A stretch of 33,299 nucleotides of DNA from Acidimicrobiia bacterium. Lineage in GTDB: Bacteria; Actinomycetota; Acidimicrobiia; Acidimicrobiales; CAIXPF01. Made by a program: the position numbers and the translations under genes. Shown one piece after another: positions 17,707 through 26,030 of the stretch. The stretch lies in contig JANPEN010000618.1 in the NCBI GenBank assembly GCA_031422955.1, forward strand, positions 1 to 33,299, read 5' to 3'. Under the pieces are notes generated by a model. The model was given only the letters and a program-made list of their open reading frames with translations, did not search any database and was not told the DNA's origin. Each line of letters begins with the position of its first letter. Positions within the stretch are counted from its first letter, which is position 1.

Positions 17707-18467
17707 AGGACCCCGACGACGAGCTGCTCGCCGCGCTCGACGCCCTGCGAGCACGGAACCTGGAGTGGATCCAGCTCGACGTTACCGCCGCCGTCACCGC
17801 CGCGGAGCTCGGGGCGGCGCTGGCGCCGCTGTGGAGAATGTTCGGGCCGCGACGTTGGTGGTTCGTCCGCAAAGCCCCCGGCATGCGGGTGAGGGTCGAG
17901 CTCGACGGCGCCGAGCCCGATGCGCTCCTTAGGGCCTTCCGCACGGCGCTGGACCCGCTCCAACCGGTCGGGGTGACGGTCTACGAACCCGAGGTCTACC
18001 GGTTCGGTGGCACCTCGGGCATGGACGTGGCCCATGACCACTTCGCCTTCGACACCGCCCTCGCGGTGCTCTTCGCTCGCGGCCGCGGTCTGCAGCTGAC
18101 TCCGGTCGAATGGTCGGCGGCGGCGCTCGGGGATCTGTCCACCCGGGTTGTGGACGACTCCGCCGAGCGGTGGGATGCCTGGAAGAAGCTCGAGGAACTG
18201 CTCGCCTCGGTGGGCGCGCCGCCGGCCCCGCAGCCGCGCGCCGGCATGGGGGAGACCGCCATCCCGCTGCACTTGGCGACTGCGCTCCAAGCGGGCAACG
18301 AGCGGGTCGCCGTGCGGTTGCGGCAGGCCGCGCTTGCGCACGGCGTCGGTCGGCGCACGTGGTTCGCGGCTGTTGCGGTGTTCCACTGGAACCGGCTGGG
18401 CCTCGATCCGCCACAGATGGCGCAGGTCGTGGCGAGCGTGCTCGATCAGGGGAGCCAGCCACGATGA
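17694..18467 (+). CDS. Thiopeptide-type bacteriocin biosynthesis protein (Lant_dehydr_C, glutamate elimination domain)
   Basis: WWFVRK.PGMRVR, YEPEVYRFGG..GMDVAHDHFAFDT and FHWNRLGL are diagnostic motifs. Confidence 0.9.
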   Translation: MAYVKDPDDELLAALDALRARNLEWIQLDVTAAVTAAELGAALAPLWRMFGPRRWWFVRKAPGMRVRVELDGAEPDALLRAFRTALDPLQPVGVTVYEPEVYRFGGTSGMDVAHDHFAFDTALAVLFARGRGLQLTPVEWSAAALGDLSTRVVDDSAERWDAWKKLEELLASVGAPPAPQPRAGMGETAIPLHLATALQAGNERVAVRLRQAALAHGVGRRTWFAAVAVFHWNRLGLDPPQMAQVVASVLDQGSQPR

Positions 18468-19117
18468 ACGCGTCGCCGTCAGTGCCGGTCGCGCTCGCCG
18501 TACAGTTGACCGAGCTACGGGCACGCCGCCCGTTCCTGCTGGATCACGTTGTCAGGCTCGTTCCCACAGTGGCCCGCGCCGCCGCCTTCACCGATCTCGG
18601 CGGGTGTGGGATCGAACTGCTGATCGAAGCGCCCGATGTCGACGCGTTCACCGCCTGGGTGGCCGAGATCGGACGGTCGGATCTCGTCGTGTCGATCCGG
18701 GCAATGCGCGACCTGGCGGAACGCAGCGACGGGCAGCAAGCTGCCGCGGTGAGTGCCCAGTACTGCGAAGCGCAGTACGTGCTGTCGGCGCGAGCGTTGC
18801 ACCTGTTGGCCACCCACCCGCCGGAACTGCCGAGGGAGGTCGTGGCTACCGAGATGTGGAGGCTCCACACCGACACCGGGCGGCCACTCGACTCGGCACG
18901 CTGGCACGTGGCCTGGCTGCAGGCACTGGGAGGCGGAGGGCCCTGGCCCAACCGCTCCGACGGGAGTGCGCTGCTAACCGCACGGCTCGCGCACGGCCAG
19001 TGGCTTCGGCTCACCGGCGGGCAACCCGCCCACGGCGCGGAGATCGACACTATCGACGCGTTGATCTCCACGCACGGGCCGGAACCGGGTCTTCTCGAAA
19101 CCCGCCCCTTCGACTAG
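18464..19117 (+). CDS. Hypothetical protein (217 aa), possibly a divergent Lant_dehydr_C-fold protein
   Basis: ATGA overlap with the previous gene. EAQYVLSARALHLL and LAHGQWLRLTG echo the E..F...S..AL.LL and L.H...NRLG motifs of that fold. Confidence 0.6.
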   Translation: MNASPSVPVALAVQLTELRARRPFLLDHVVRLVPTVARAAAFTDLGGCGIELLIEAPDVDAFTAWVAEIGRSDLVVSIRAMRDLAERSDGQQAAAVSAQYCEAQYVLSARALHLLATHPPELPREVVATEMWRLHTDTGRPLDSARWHVAWLQALGGGGPWPNRSDGSALLTARLAHGQWLRLTGGQPAHGAEIDTIDALISTHGPEPGLLETRPFD

Positions 19118-19440
19118 AAGCCGCTGCGGAAGGCGGGCTGGGACTGGAACGTGCCGGACTTCATCGATCCCGGGCACATGATGGTGCTGGCCACGCGGCT
19201 CGGGTCGATCACCGCTGACTGCTGGAAGGGCCCGCTGAACGCCAAGGTGGTGATCTGCCCTCCGCTCGCCAGAGCGAAACCGGCGGTTTCGGGCTCGTTC
19301 TCCTCGAGCAACTCGGCGCAGAAGGCGGCCATCTCGGGCTCGGTTACCTTGGTCATCTGCAAGACCTCGTCCCGGATGAAATAGATCGTTCCATCGTCAC
19401 CTCGAACGATCGTTCCGCCGCTCTGCTTTGAGGTTTCCAT
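19114..19440 (-). CDS. Candidate RiPP precursor peptide (108 aa)
   Basis: GAGGAG RBS before ATG 19440. Residues 1-51 are acidic (12 D/E). Residues 56-108 carry 9 Ser, 4 Thr, 1 Cys and only one acidic residue. Its stop overlaps the LanB-operon stop (CTAG). Confidence 0.7.
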   Translation of the reverse strand: METSKQSGGTIVRGDDGTIYFIRDEVLQMTKVTEPEMAAFCAELLEENEPETAGFALASGGQITTLAFSGPFQQSAVIDPSRVASTIMCPGSMKSGTFQSQPAFRSGF

Positions 19441-19694
19441 AGTGATGCACTCCTCGGATCGTCTCGCGCGTAACTTTCCGGAGCCTAGCGGGATTGCGCC
19501 TTGATCAACGCCAACTTCACGCGCCCGCCGTCTTGCGCTCTGCACGCCGCCGCTTTCTGGTCGATGCGAATCGCGAGCATCGAGCAGGCGGCCTCGTGGA
19601 TGGACCGTTTCAGTCCACGTTTGCGGACCATGTGACCGCCCCGTAACCCACAAGCGCTGTTGGGGGGCCGCGACGTGGATGACGGGATGGCGTC

Positions 19695-21059
19695 TCAGGG
19701 GCGGCTGAGGATGGCGGCGACAGCGTCGTGGTTTCGTCGGCGGGCGTGGTCCAGCGCGGAGGTGCCGTCGAAATCGGCAATGGTCCGGTCGGCGCCGGCG
19801 TCGATGAGGATCCGCACGATCTGCTGATAGGGCTCACTGCCGTCGCCGAGGATGACCGCCTCGAGCAGCGCCGTCCAACCGAGGTTGTTGACATGGTTCA
19901 CATTGATGCCGCTGGTCGCCACCCGCCGGACGTAGGCCACGTGACCGCGCTCGCTGGCGGGGATGATGGACAGCCCTCCGAAGCGGTTGGTGATGGTGAG
20001 GTCGGCCCCCGCCCCCAGCAGTAGCTCGGCCATGGCCACGCTGCCGGTCACGCCGGTGACAAGCCAAGGGGTGTCGTGTGCCTCGTCGAGCGCGTCAGGG
20101 TCCGCTCCCAGCCTGACGAGCAGGCGGGCCGTCTCGACGTGGTCCGCCGCCGCCGCCAATAACAGTGGGCTGCGTTGGTTGCCATCGCGGGTTTCGATTC
20201 CGGCGCCCGCCCGCAGGGCAAGAGCGGCGCGATCAGCGTCGCCGGCTGCGGCGGCGTCGAGCAACTGGCGGGCTGCATCGGCCGGTGTCGGCAGGGCCGG
20301 GGCGGCAACGGCGGCGCGCAGGGTGGCCGCTACTCGTTGTTGCTGGCGGGCCTCGGCGTGTTCGAGTGCGGCGATGCCGTCCTCGGCGGCGGCCAATCCC
20401 ACGTCGGCTCCGCCGGCGACGAGCAGGCGCACGGTGTCCACGTAACGTTCGCTCCCGTTGCCGAGGATGACCGCCTCGTGCAAGGCGGTCCAGCCCAGGT
20501 TGTTGACGTGGTTAACGTCGATCCCGCTGCGCAAGAGCCGACCGACGATGTCGGCGTGGCCCCGTTCGGCGGCTCGGATGAGCCCGGTGCCGCGGTAGCT
20601 GTCCAACGCGGCCACGTCCGCACCGTGGGCGAGGAACAACTCCAGCAGGGCAAGGTGGCCTTCGCTGGTTGCGATCAAATAGGCGCTTTGACGGCTGGCG
20701 TCCTGGGCGTTGACATCGGCCCCGGCCGCGATGAGCTGACGCGCCTGTTCGAGGTCGTTGGCCCAAGCCGCGTCGATCAGGGCGCCATCGCCCTCGTTAC
20801 GCGTTGGCGCGGAGGAACCGCGGGGGGCGCTCGAAGCAGAGCTTTCGGCCGCCCCCGTGGAGTTATCCCCGACGGTGGAGATTGGCGTGTCGCGGCCGGC
20901 CGCATTGGAGCGTTCCGAGGTCGTGCACCCGGCCAGAAGCAAGGCAAGAACAAGGCCATGCGCAACGACGCCCGGCCAAGATGGCCCACGGGCCGGGCCG
21001 CGCTCGGCCGACCGGCTCAGATGGTGGTGCTCGCCGTGGGAGACCCGCACGACGGCCAT
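19695..21059 (-). CDS. Ankyrin-repeat protein, probable lipoprotein, with two tandem YahD-like modules
   Basis: LVLALLLAGC lipobox, Ser/Ala linker, many GAD(V)N ankyrin turns, and duplicated VNHVNNLGWTAL.EAVILG.GSE. Start is uncertain. Confidence 0.85.
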   Translation of the reverse strand: MAVVRVSHGEHHHLSRSAERGPARGPSWPGVVAHGLVLALLLAGCTTSERSNAAGRDTPISTVGDNSTGAAESSASSAPRGSSAPTRNEGDGALIDAAWANDLEQARQLIAAGADVNAQDASRQSAYLIATSEGHLALLELFLAHGADVAALDSYRGTGLIRAAERGHADIVGRLLRSGIDVNHVNNLGWTALHEAVILGNGSERYVDTVRLLVAGGADVGLAAAEDGIAALEHAEARQQQRVAATLRAAVAAPALPTPADAARQLLDAAAAGDADRAALALRAGAGIETRDGNQRSPLLLAAAADHVETARLLVRLGADPDALDEAHDTPWLVTGVTGSVAMAELLLGAGADLTITNRFGGLSIIPASERGHVAYVRRVATSGINVNHVNNLGWTALLEAVILGDGSEPYQQIVRILIDAGADRTIADFDGTSALDHARRRNHDAVAAILSRP

Positions 21060-21192
21060 GCTACCGGCCGGCTCGCCCGGGAAAGGTTGCTCGGCATACT
21101 CGCGCCGGCCGCCATCACGGGTGCGTCCGCGGCGAGGCCCCATTGGGCCCAGCGGGGACGGAAGATCCGCCCCAGCTGGGCCCCGCAGCAGC

Positions 21193-21984
21193 TCAGCCCA
21201 GCTGACCCCGCACTGCGCCGGCCGGGAAGGCAGCGTTGTGGGAGTTGACGTAGTAGCCGGCCGGGTTGGCCACGATGGCCGCCGCCAGCGTCGCAGTGAT
21301 GTCTCGACAACCCCGGGCTACGGCGTCGAAATGCACGACCACCCCTCCGGCCCTGTCGGCCGATGCGGCGTGGATGTGCCGTGCGGTGATCGGGTCGACG
21401 TTCCTCTCCTTGATCGTCCAGCACAGCAGGGTGCCTTCCAGCTCGGCCCGGAACTTGCCGCTGCCGTCAGGGTCGCCTGGGCCGGGCCGCTCGGCTGCTC
21501 CGCTGAGCCGGGTTTCGAACTCGACCTCCTCGGCCTTTTGGTCCTCGTTGCGCAGCTGGCCACGAACCGCTCCGCTCGAGAAAGCGGCGGTGTGGACGTT
21601 CACATAGTAGTTCTGCGGTGTGTTACGCAGGGCCATGGCCAGCACGGGGCTGACCGTCGTGCAGCCCTCCAGCTGGCCCTGGAAGTCCACCACGACCGGA
21701 CCGTTGGCACCGATGGCGCCGACATGGATGTGCGCGGCGACGACCGTGGCGATGTTCGCCACCCCGATCTCCCAACACACCTCGGTGCCCTCGACCTTGA
21801 CCTCGGCCTCCCCGGTGCCATCCGGATCTCCCGCAGCTACCTCGTTCAGGCCCGAGAGTGAGGCCCCGAGCTCTACTTGGTCCTCATCGCCGCGCTCGTC
21901 GGCTCCGGCCGGGGTCCCCCCGAGGGCGGTGAGCCCCGTCACCAGGGCCATCCCCGCCAGTAATGTTCTGCAACGCTTTTTCAT
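21193..21984 (-). CDS. Secreted protein with two CHRD domains
   Basis: Signal peptide MKKRCRTLLAGMALV...AGA. Two copies of LSG..E...GDPDG.G...HIH...YYVN.H.AAF..GAVRGQL. GGAGGAG RBS. Confidence 0.88.
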   Translation of the reverse strand: MKKRCRTLLAGMALVTGLTALGGTPAGADERGDEDQVELGASLSGLNEVAAGDPDGTGEAEVKVEGTEVCWEIGVANIATVVAAHIHVGAIGANGPVVVDFQGQLEGCTTVSPVLAMALRNTPQNYYVNVHTAAFSSGAVRGQLRNEDQKAEEVEFETRLSGAAERPGPGDPDGSGKFRAELEGTLLCWTIKERNVDPITARHIHAASADRAGGVVVHFDAVARGCRDITATLAAAIVANPAGYYVNSHNAAFPAGAVRGQLG

Positions 21985-22175
21985 TGGAACCTTCTCCTCC
22001 GTCCGCCCGGATGTGGGATGCACCGTTAACGGTGTTGTCCCAACCTAAGCCTCGGGCTATCGCTCTCCTAATCCCGAACGCAAAAATGGGCGCCGTCCAG
22101 GGCCTTGCCGGCGAAAGCCGACCACCCCGAGGCGACAATGCCCGCGCTCCGCTCTCGCGTGCTCACCCGGCTTGG

Positions 22176-22511
22176 TCACGGCGCGCCGCGGGGGCTGGGC
22201 GGGAGGGCGGATTGTTGTGTCCTCGGTGCCCGACGAAGTCGTGAGCGGGCCAGGGCATCGAGCGCTTCGGTTTGCTGGCGGGTTCCCCTGCGCCAGAAGT
22301 CGACGGCGTACTCCACTCGATCGAGCGAAGTCACGCCCTTGAGGTCGGTGTGCTGCAGCACCCGGAGGGCCAACCAACGCCCGTTGGCGGACTCGGCCCC
22401 GTCCCCGGCCAGCCGAAAGCCCCTCGAGTAGCACCACGCCGCGAAGGCAGCATGATCCGGGCAGAGCACCGCGCTCAGGAACATGGTAGCGGCGGCCGGG
22501 TCCCCGGCCAT
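22176..22511 (-). CDS. Hypothetical protein (~111 aa)
   Basis: MAGDPAAATMFLSAVLCPDHAAFAAWCYSRGF... has protein-like composition and fills the gap on the same strand as its neighbours. No family recognised. Confidence 0.4.
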   Translation of the reverse strand: MAGDPAAATMFLSAVLCPDHAAFAAWCYSRGFRLAGDGAESANGRWLALRVLQHTDLKGVTSLDRVEYAVDFWRRGTRQQTEALDALARSRLRRAPRTQQSALPPSPRGAP

Positions 22512-22558
22512 CGATCTGGAGCTTTCCCCTGCCTCGCGCCTACCGTCGCGGCCACGGT

Positions 22559-22957
22559 TCAGGCGGGACGGAAACGCACCAGGGTGAGGTCCGCTGACAC
22601 GTCGTCGTAGGAGACCTGCACGGACAAGCCGACCGTCGGCTCGACCCCATCGACCAGTTGGCCGTAAAGCCGTGGTCCCTCCTGCAGGGTGACCTCGGCC
22701 ACCGCGTAGGGCACCTCGAAGGGGCCGGTCCGGTAGTACTGCTGGTGGAAACGCACCCACGAGCTGACCGTGCCCCGCCCGCTCAGCTCCTGCCAGCTGA
22801 TCTGGCGGGACCAGCAGGACGGGCACCAGGGCCCCGGCGGCAACCAGACATAGCCGCACCCCTCGCAGCGCGGCGCCAACAAACGATGTTCGCGCAACCC
22901 GTCCCAGTGCGGCCGGTTGAGGTTGGTGACGGCCGGCAGCGGGCCTTGGTAGCTCAC
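22559..22957 (-). CDS. DUF35 Zn-ribbon/OB-fold protein
   Basis: HWDGLREHRLLAPRCEGCG...PWCPSCWS...SGRGTV.SW...PY.VA.V.L.EGPR. GTGA overlap with the thiolase-fold gene. Confidence 0.9.
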   Translation of the reverse strand: MSYQGPLPAVTNLNRPHWDGLREHRLLAPRCEGCGYVWLPPGPWCPSCWSRQISWQELSGRGTVSSWVRFHQQYYRTGPFEVPYAVAEVTLQEGPRLYGQLVDGVEPTVGLSVQVSYDDVSADLTLVRFRPA

Positions 22958-24168
22958 GACGCCCGTCGGTAGATGATCGAGTCGCCGTACACGTTGCCCC
23001 ATTGGATGTGGGTGGCGTCAGGTACTTGACGCGCCCCGGCCTGACCGCGCAGCTGACGGACGATCTCGATCTGGTGGTTCCAGGCCATCACGTGAGCTTC
23101 GGAAAGCAAACCGCCATGGGTGTTGACGGGGAGCTCACCGCCTACCGCGATGCGCCCGTTCTGGGTGAACGATGCAGCCTCGCCCACCGGGCAGAACCCC
23201 CAACGCTCCAGCGCCGGCCAGACCACAAAGGAAAAGGCGTCGTAGGTGAAGAAAGCGTCGATGTCGGCCCGGGTGATGCCGGCGTTGGCGTAAAGGCCGT
23301 GCTCGCGTGCCCCCGGTTCCCACAAGCCGTCCTCTTGTTGGGCCACGCCCAGACCAGGCCAAGCCCAGATGAACTCGCGCCGGCTGACCGGCAGGGGCAG
23401 CATGGCGGCCAGCTCCACCGGTGTTTGGGCCAGGTCCCTGGCCCGTTCGGCCGAGGTGACCAGCACGCAGGCGGCGCCGTCGTTGACCAGGCAGTAGTCC
23501 AGCAGGCGCAGCGGCTCGCACACGTAGCGCGAGGCCTGATGATCCGCAACGGTGATGGGTGTTTGCATGATCGCGGCGGGGTTGAGGGCAGCCCCTTGGC
23601 GGAAGGCCACCGGCACCGCCGCCAGCTGCTCCGAGGTTGCCCCGAAACGGGCGAAATAGCGTTGGGCAGCCAGCGCGGCGCCCGCCCCGGGGGAGGTCAT
23701 GCCCACCACCGGGTCCTCGCCGTGGCCGCCGCCGGCTTCCCGAGCGCCTTCGTGGTCACGGTCTCCGCCCACCGCTGAGCCTCGCGAGCCCTTGACCCGT
23801 CCCGGGCGGGTAACCCCGGAGAAGGACACCGCGGCCATGCAGGCGACCACGTCGCACATGCCGGCCGCTACCGCCATGGCCGCGTGTTGGATGGCGGTGG
23901 CGGTGAAGCGCCCGTGGCCCCAGGTCTGGGAGTAGAAGGCCAGATCGAGACCCAAGGCGAAGGCCAAGGTGTCTGCGTCGACCCCGCCGGGGGAGCCGAA
24001 GCTGACCACCATGCCGTCCACCTCGCCGGGGGTGAGCCCGGCATCGGCCAGCGCCGCGCCCAGCGCATCGGCCCCGAGGTCAATACCTGAGCGTCCCATG
24101 CGCCGGCCGTAGGCGGACTGGCCGACGCCGCAGATGGCGGTACGGCCGCCTAACTCCCCCGATGTCAT
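22954..24168 (-). CDS. Thiolase-superfamily (SCP-x/Ltp2-like) protein
   Basis: TAICGVGQS, PLRLLDYCLVNDGA, YDAFS, LPVNTHGGLLSEAH and EIVRQLRGQAGARQV. ATG 24168. Confidence 0.9.
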   Translation of the reverse strand: MTSGELGGRTAICGVGQSAYGRRMGRSGIDLGADALGAALADAGLTPGEVDGMVVSFGSPGGVDADTLAFALGLDLAFYSQTWGHGRFTATAIQHAAMAVAAGMCDVVACMAAVSFSGVTRPGRVKGSRGSAVGGDRDHEGAREAGGGHGEDPVVGMTSPGAGAALAAQRYFARFGATSEQLAAVPVAFRQGAALNPAAIMQTPITVADHQASRYVCEPLRLLDYCLVNDGAACVLVTSAERARDLAQTPVELAAMLPLPVSRREFIWAWPGLGVAQQEDGLWEPGAREHGLYANAGITRADIDAFFTYDAFSFVVWPALERWGFCPVGEAASFTQNGRIAVGGELPVNTHGGLLSEAHVMAWNHQIEIVRQLRGQAGARQVPDATHIQWGNVYGDSIIYRRAS

Positions 24169-24179
24169 GAGAGCGCACG

Positions 24180-25445
24180 TTAGCTGTTCCGGTTCGGCGC
24201 AACCGTCGCGGTTGCGGTCCGGTGGCGGTCGAGGCGGGACCACAAGAGCATGGCCACCAGCGCCAGCACGCTGGTGGCGGTGAGACCGAGCCAGCACCAG
24301 GCATAGGAGCCGCTGCGGTCCACCGCTGCGCCGAACAACGGTGGCGCCAGGCCCAGACCACCGAGAAAGCCCACCATCACCCGGCCCGAGGAGCGGCCGG
24401 CCTGGGCCAGCGGCACCGACGCCATTGCCCCCAGCATGGCCACGCTGTTCCACGAGCCGACCGTGATGGCCACTCCGGTGACGCCCAACCACAACGCCCA
24501 ACGGCCCCAGCCCGAAGCGGCCGCGGTCAGGCACAACGACGCGCTGGAGCCCAGCGCCAGCCACGCCAAGGGCGGCCCGTAGTGGCGCACGTGTTGCACC
24601 AGACGGGAAAGCAGAATGCGTGAAAGCACGGCGGCCCCACCGGTAACGCCCACCAGCACGCCCGCCTCGGCCCTGCTCAGGCCGACGTCCTGCTCGGCGA
24701 AAAGGGCGGTGAAGGCGCCGGTGGCCCCCGCCGCCGCGCCCATGAGGAAGGCGTAGCCGCACAGCCACCACACCGCAGGGGGCAGCGGCGCGCCGCGCCG
24801 GTCGGTGGGGTTGGCGGGGGCGGGCCGAGCCGGCTCGTGATCTCCGAGCAGCACCAGGGTGACCGCTGCGCCGAGCAAGGCCAGCCCCGCAACGACCAGG
24901 TAGCTGCGGGTCAGTCCCCAGGCGGCCACGCTGGTGGGCAGGATCAGCCCGGCCAGGAAACGGCCGAGTTGCACGCCGGACTGTTTCACCCCGGTGACCA
25001 CGCCCCGTTCGGATGCGGGGATCTGGGTGGCGATGAGCCGGTTGGTCGCCTGATTGCCCGTACCATTCGGTATGCCAGAGACGGCCGCGGCCACCAGCAG
25101 CATGGCGTAGCTACCCGCCGCGGCGAAGGCCAGGAAGGCAACACAGCTCCCCGCGAAGGTGGCCACCACCATGCGGGTCCCGCCGAAGCGGTCCGCCAGG
25201 CGTCCGGTGAGCGGTGAGACCGCCGCCCCGACCAGCGCGTAGAGGGCGGCCATGCGGCCGATGTCGGCCCGGGTCAGCTCGAAGCGGTCGATGAGGGTGG
25301 AGGCCAGAATGCCCACCGCGGGTCCGGCCACGGTGCCGAACACCATGGCCGTGCAGGTCCACGAGGCGAGCAGCACTCGTGGGGAGCGCAGGCGGGTGCC
25401 TCCGTCGGAAACCGTGTTCACCGGGGACTCGTTGCTCCTCGCCAA
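24180..25445 (-). CDS. MFS transporter
   Basis: GRLADRFG motif A and about 12 hydrophobic segments. Start is uncertain. Confidence 0.85.
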   Translation of the reverse strand: MARSNESPVNTVSDGGTRLRSPRVLLASWTCTAMVFGTVAGPAVGILASTLIDRFELTRADIGRMAALYALVGAAVSPLTGRLADRFGGTRMVVATFAGSCVAFLAFAAAGSYAMLLVAAAVSGIPNGTGNQATNRLIATQIPASERGVVTGVKQSGVQLGRFLAGLILPTSVAAWGLTRSYLVVAGLALLGAAVTLVLLGDHEPARPAPANPTDRRGAPLPPAVWWLCGYAFLMGAAAGATGAFTALFAEQDVGLSRAEAGVLVGVTGGAAVLSRILLSRLVQHVRHYGPPLAWLALGSSASLCLTAAASGWGRWALWLGVTGVAITVGSWNSVAMLGAMASVPLAQAGRSSGRVMVGFLGGLGLAPPLFGAAVDRSGSYAWCWLGLTATSVLALVAMLLWSRLDRHRTATATVAPNRNS

Positions 25446-25499
25446 GGTGCAGGCGGCTGCCTCGCCGGTGGGCGGAACCGTCGCCGGCGCACGTTGCGT

Positions 25500-25964
25500 T
25501 CAGCCGAGGCGTTCGTCGAGTTGCAGGATGATGCCGTCGGGATCCTCGAACAGGCAGGTGAGGACCCGCTCGCCCTTGCTTCCGCCGTACCCCCTGGCGT
25601 CGACCTCGGCCGGTTCCATGACGAAGCGCACACCTTGAGATCGCAGCCGTTCCGCCTTTCCGGCGAGATCCTTCACCCAAAGCGCGACATGATGGATGCC
25701 GATCTGGTCCAGCCGTAACGGTTCCCCGCTGGCCACGGGAAAGCTCGACAGCACCAGGAAGGCGGCGTCGGGATCTTCTGTCCAGCGCAGCTGGGCCACC
25801 CTGCGGCTGGTGGCGGCCTGCGGATCTGCGTACATGGGCGACGGTTCCGTGGCGTGGACACGGTCGCTGGTCACCTCCATCCCCAGACGGTCTCGATAGA
25901 ACTCCAGCGAACGGTCCATGTCCCGCACGCCGAAGGCCAGATGTGACACAGCACCAAGGCTCAT
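25500..25964 (-). CDS. VOC (glyoxalase/bleomycin resistance/dioxygenase) family protein
   Basis: SHLAFGVRDMDRSLEFYRDRLG, GIHHVALWV and FEDPDGIILQL. ATG preceded by TACGCT-N7. Confidence 0.88.
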   Translation of the reverse strand: MSLGAVSHLAFGVRDMDRSLEFYRDRLGMEVTSDRVHATEPSPMYADPQAATSRRVAQLRWTEDPDAAFLVLSSFPVASGEPLRLDQIGIHHVALWVKDLAGKAERLRSQGVRFVMEPAEVDARGYGGSKGERVLTCLFEDPDGIILQLDERLG

Positions 25965-25971
25965 GGCTTGC

Positions 25972-26023
25972 AGCGTAACCCTCGGCGTCACCCCAGCGCC
26001 GAAGGCGGAGCGGCCGATAGTGT
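25972..26023. promoter_or_regulatory. Back-to-back leaderless promoters: TACGCT (-, 25972-25977) and TAGTGT (+, 26018-26023)
   Basis: Each hexamer lies exactly 7 nt before an ATG (25964 and 26031), and neither gene has an SD sequence. Confidence 0.55.
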
Positions 26024-26030
26024 TCGCGCC

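Noticed and set aside
10582-19117. Calling the cluster a canonical thiopeptide BGC
   Set aside because: Only one YcaO (TfuA type), no ocin-ThiF or SagB dehydrogenase, and the candidate core has a single Cys.
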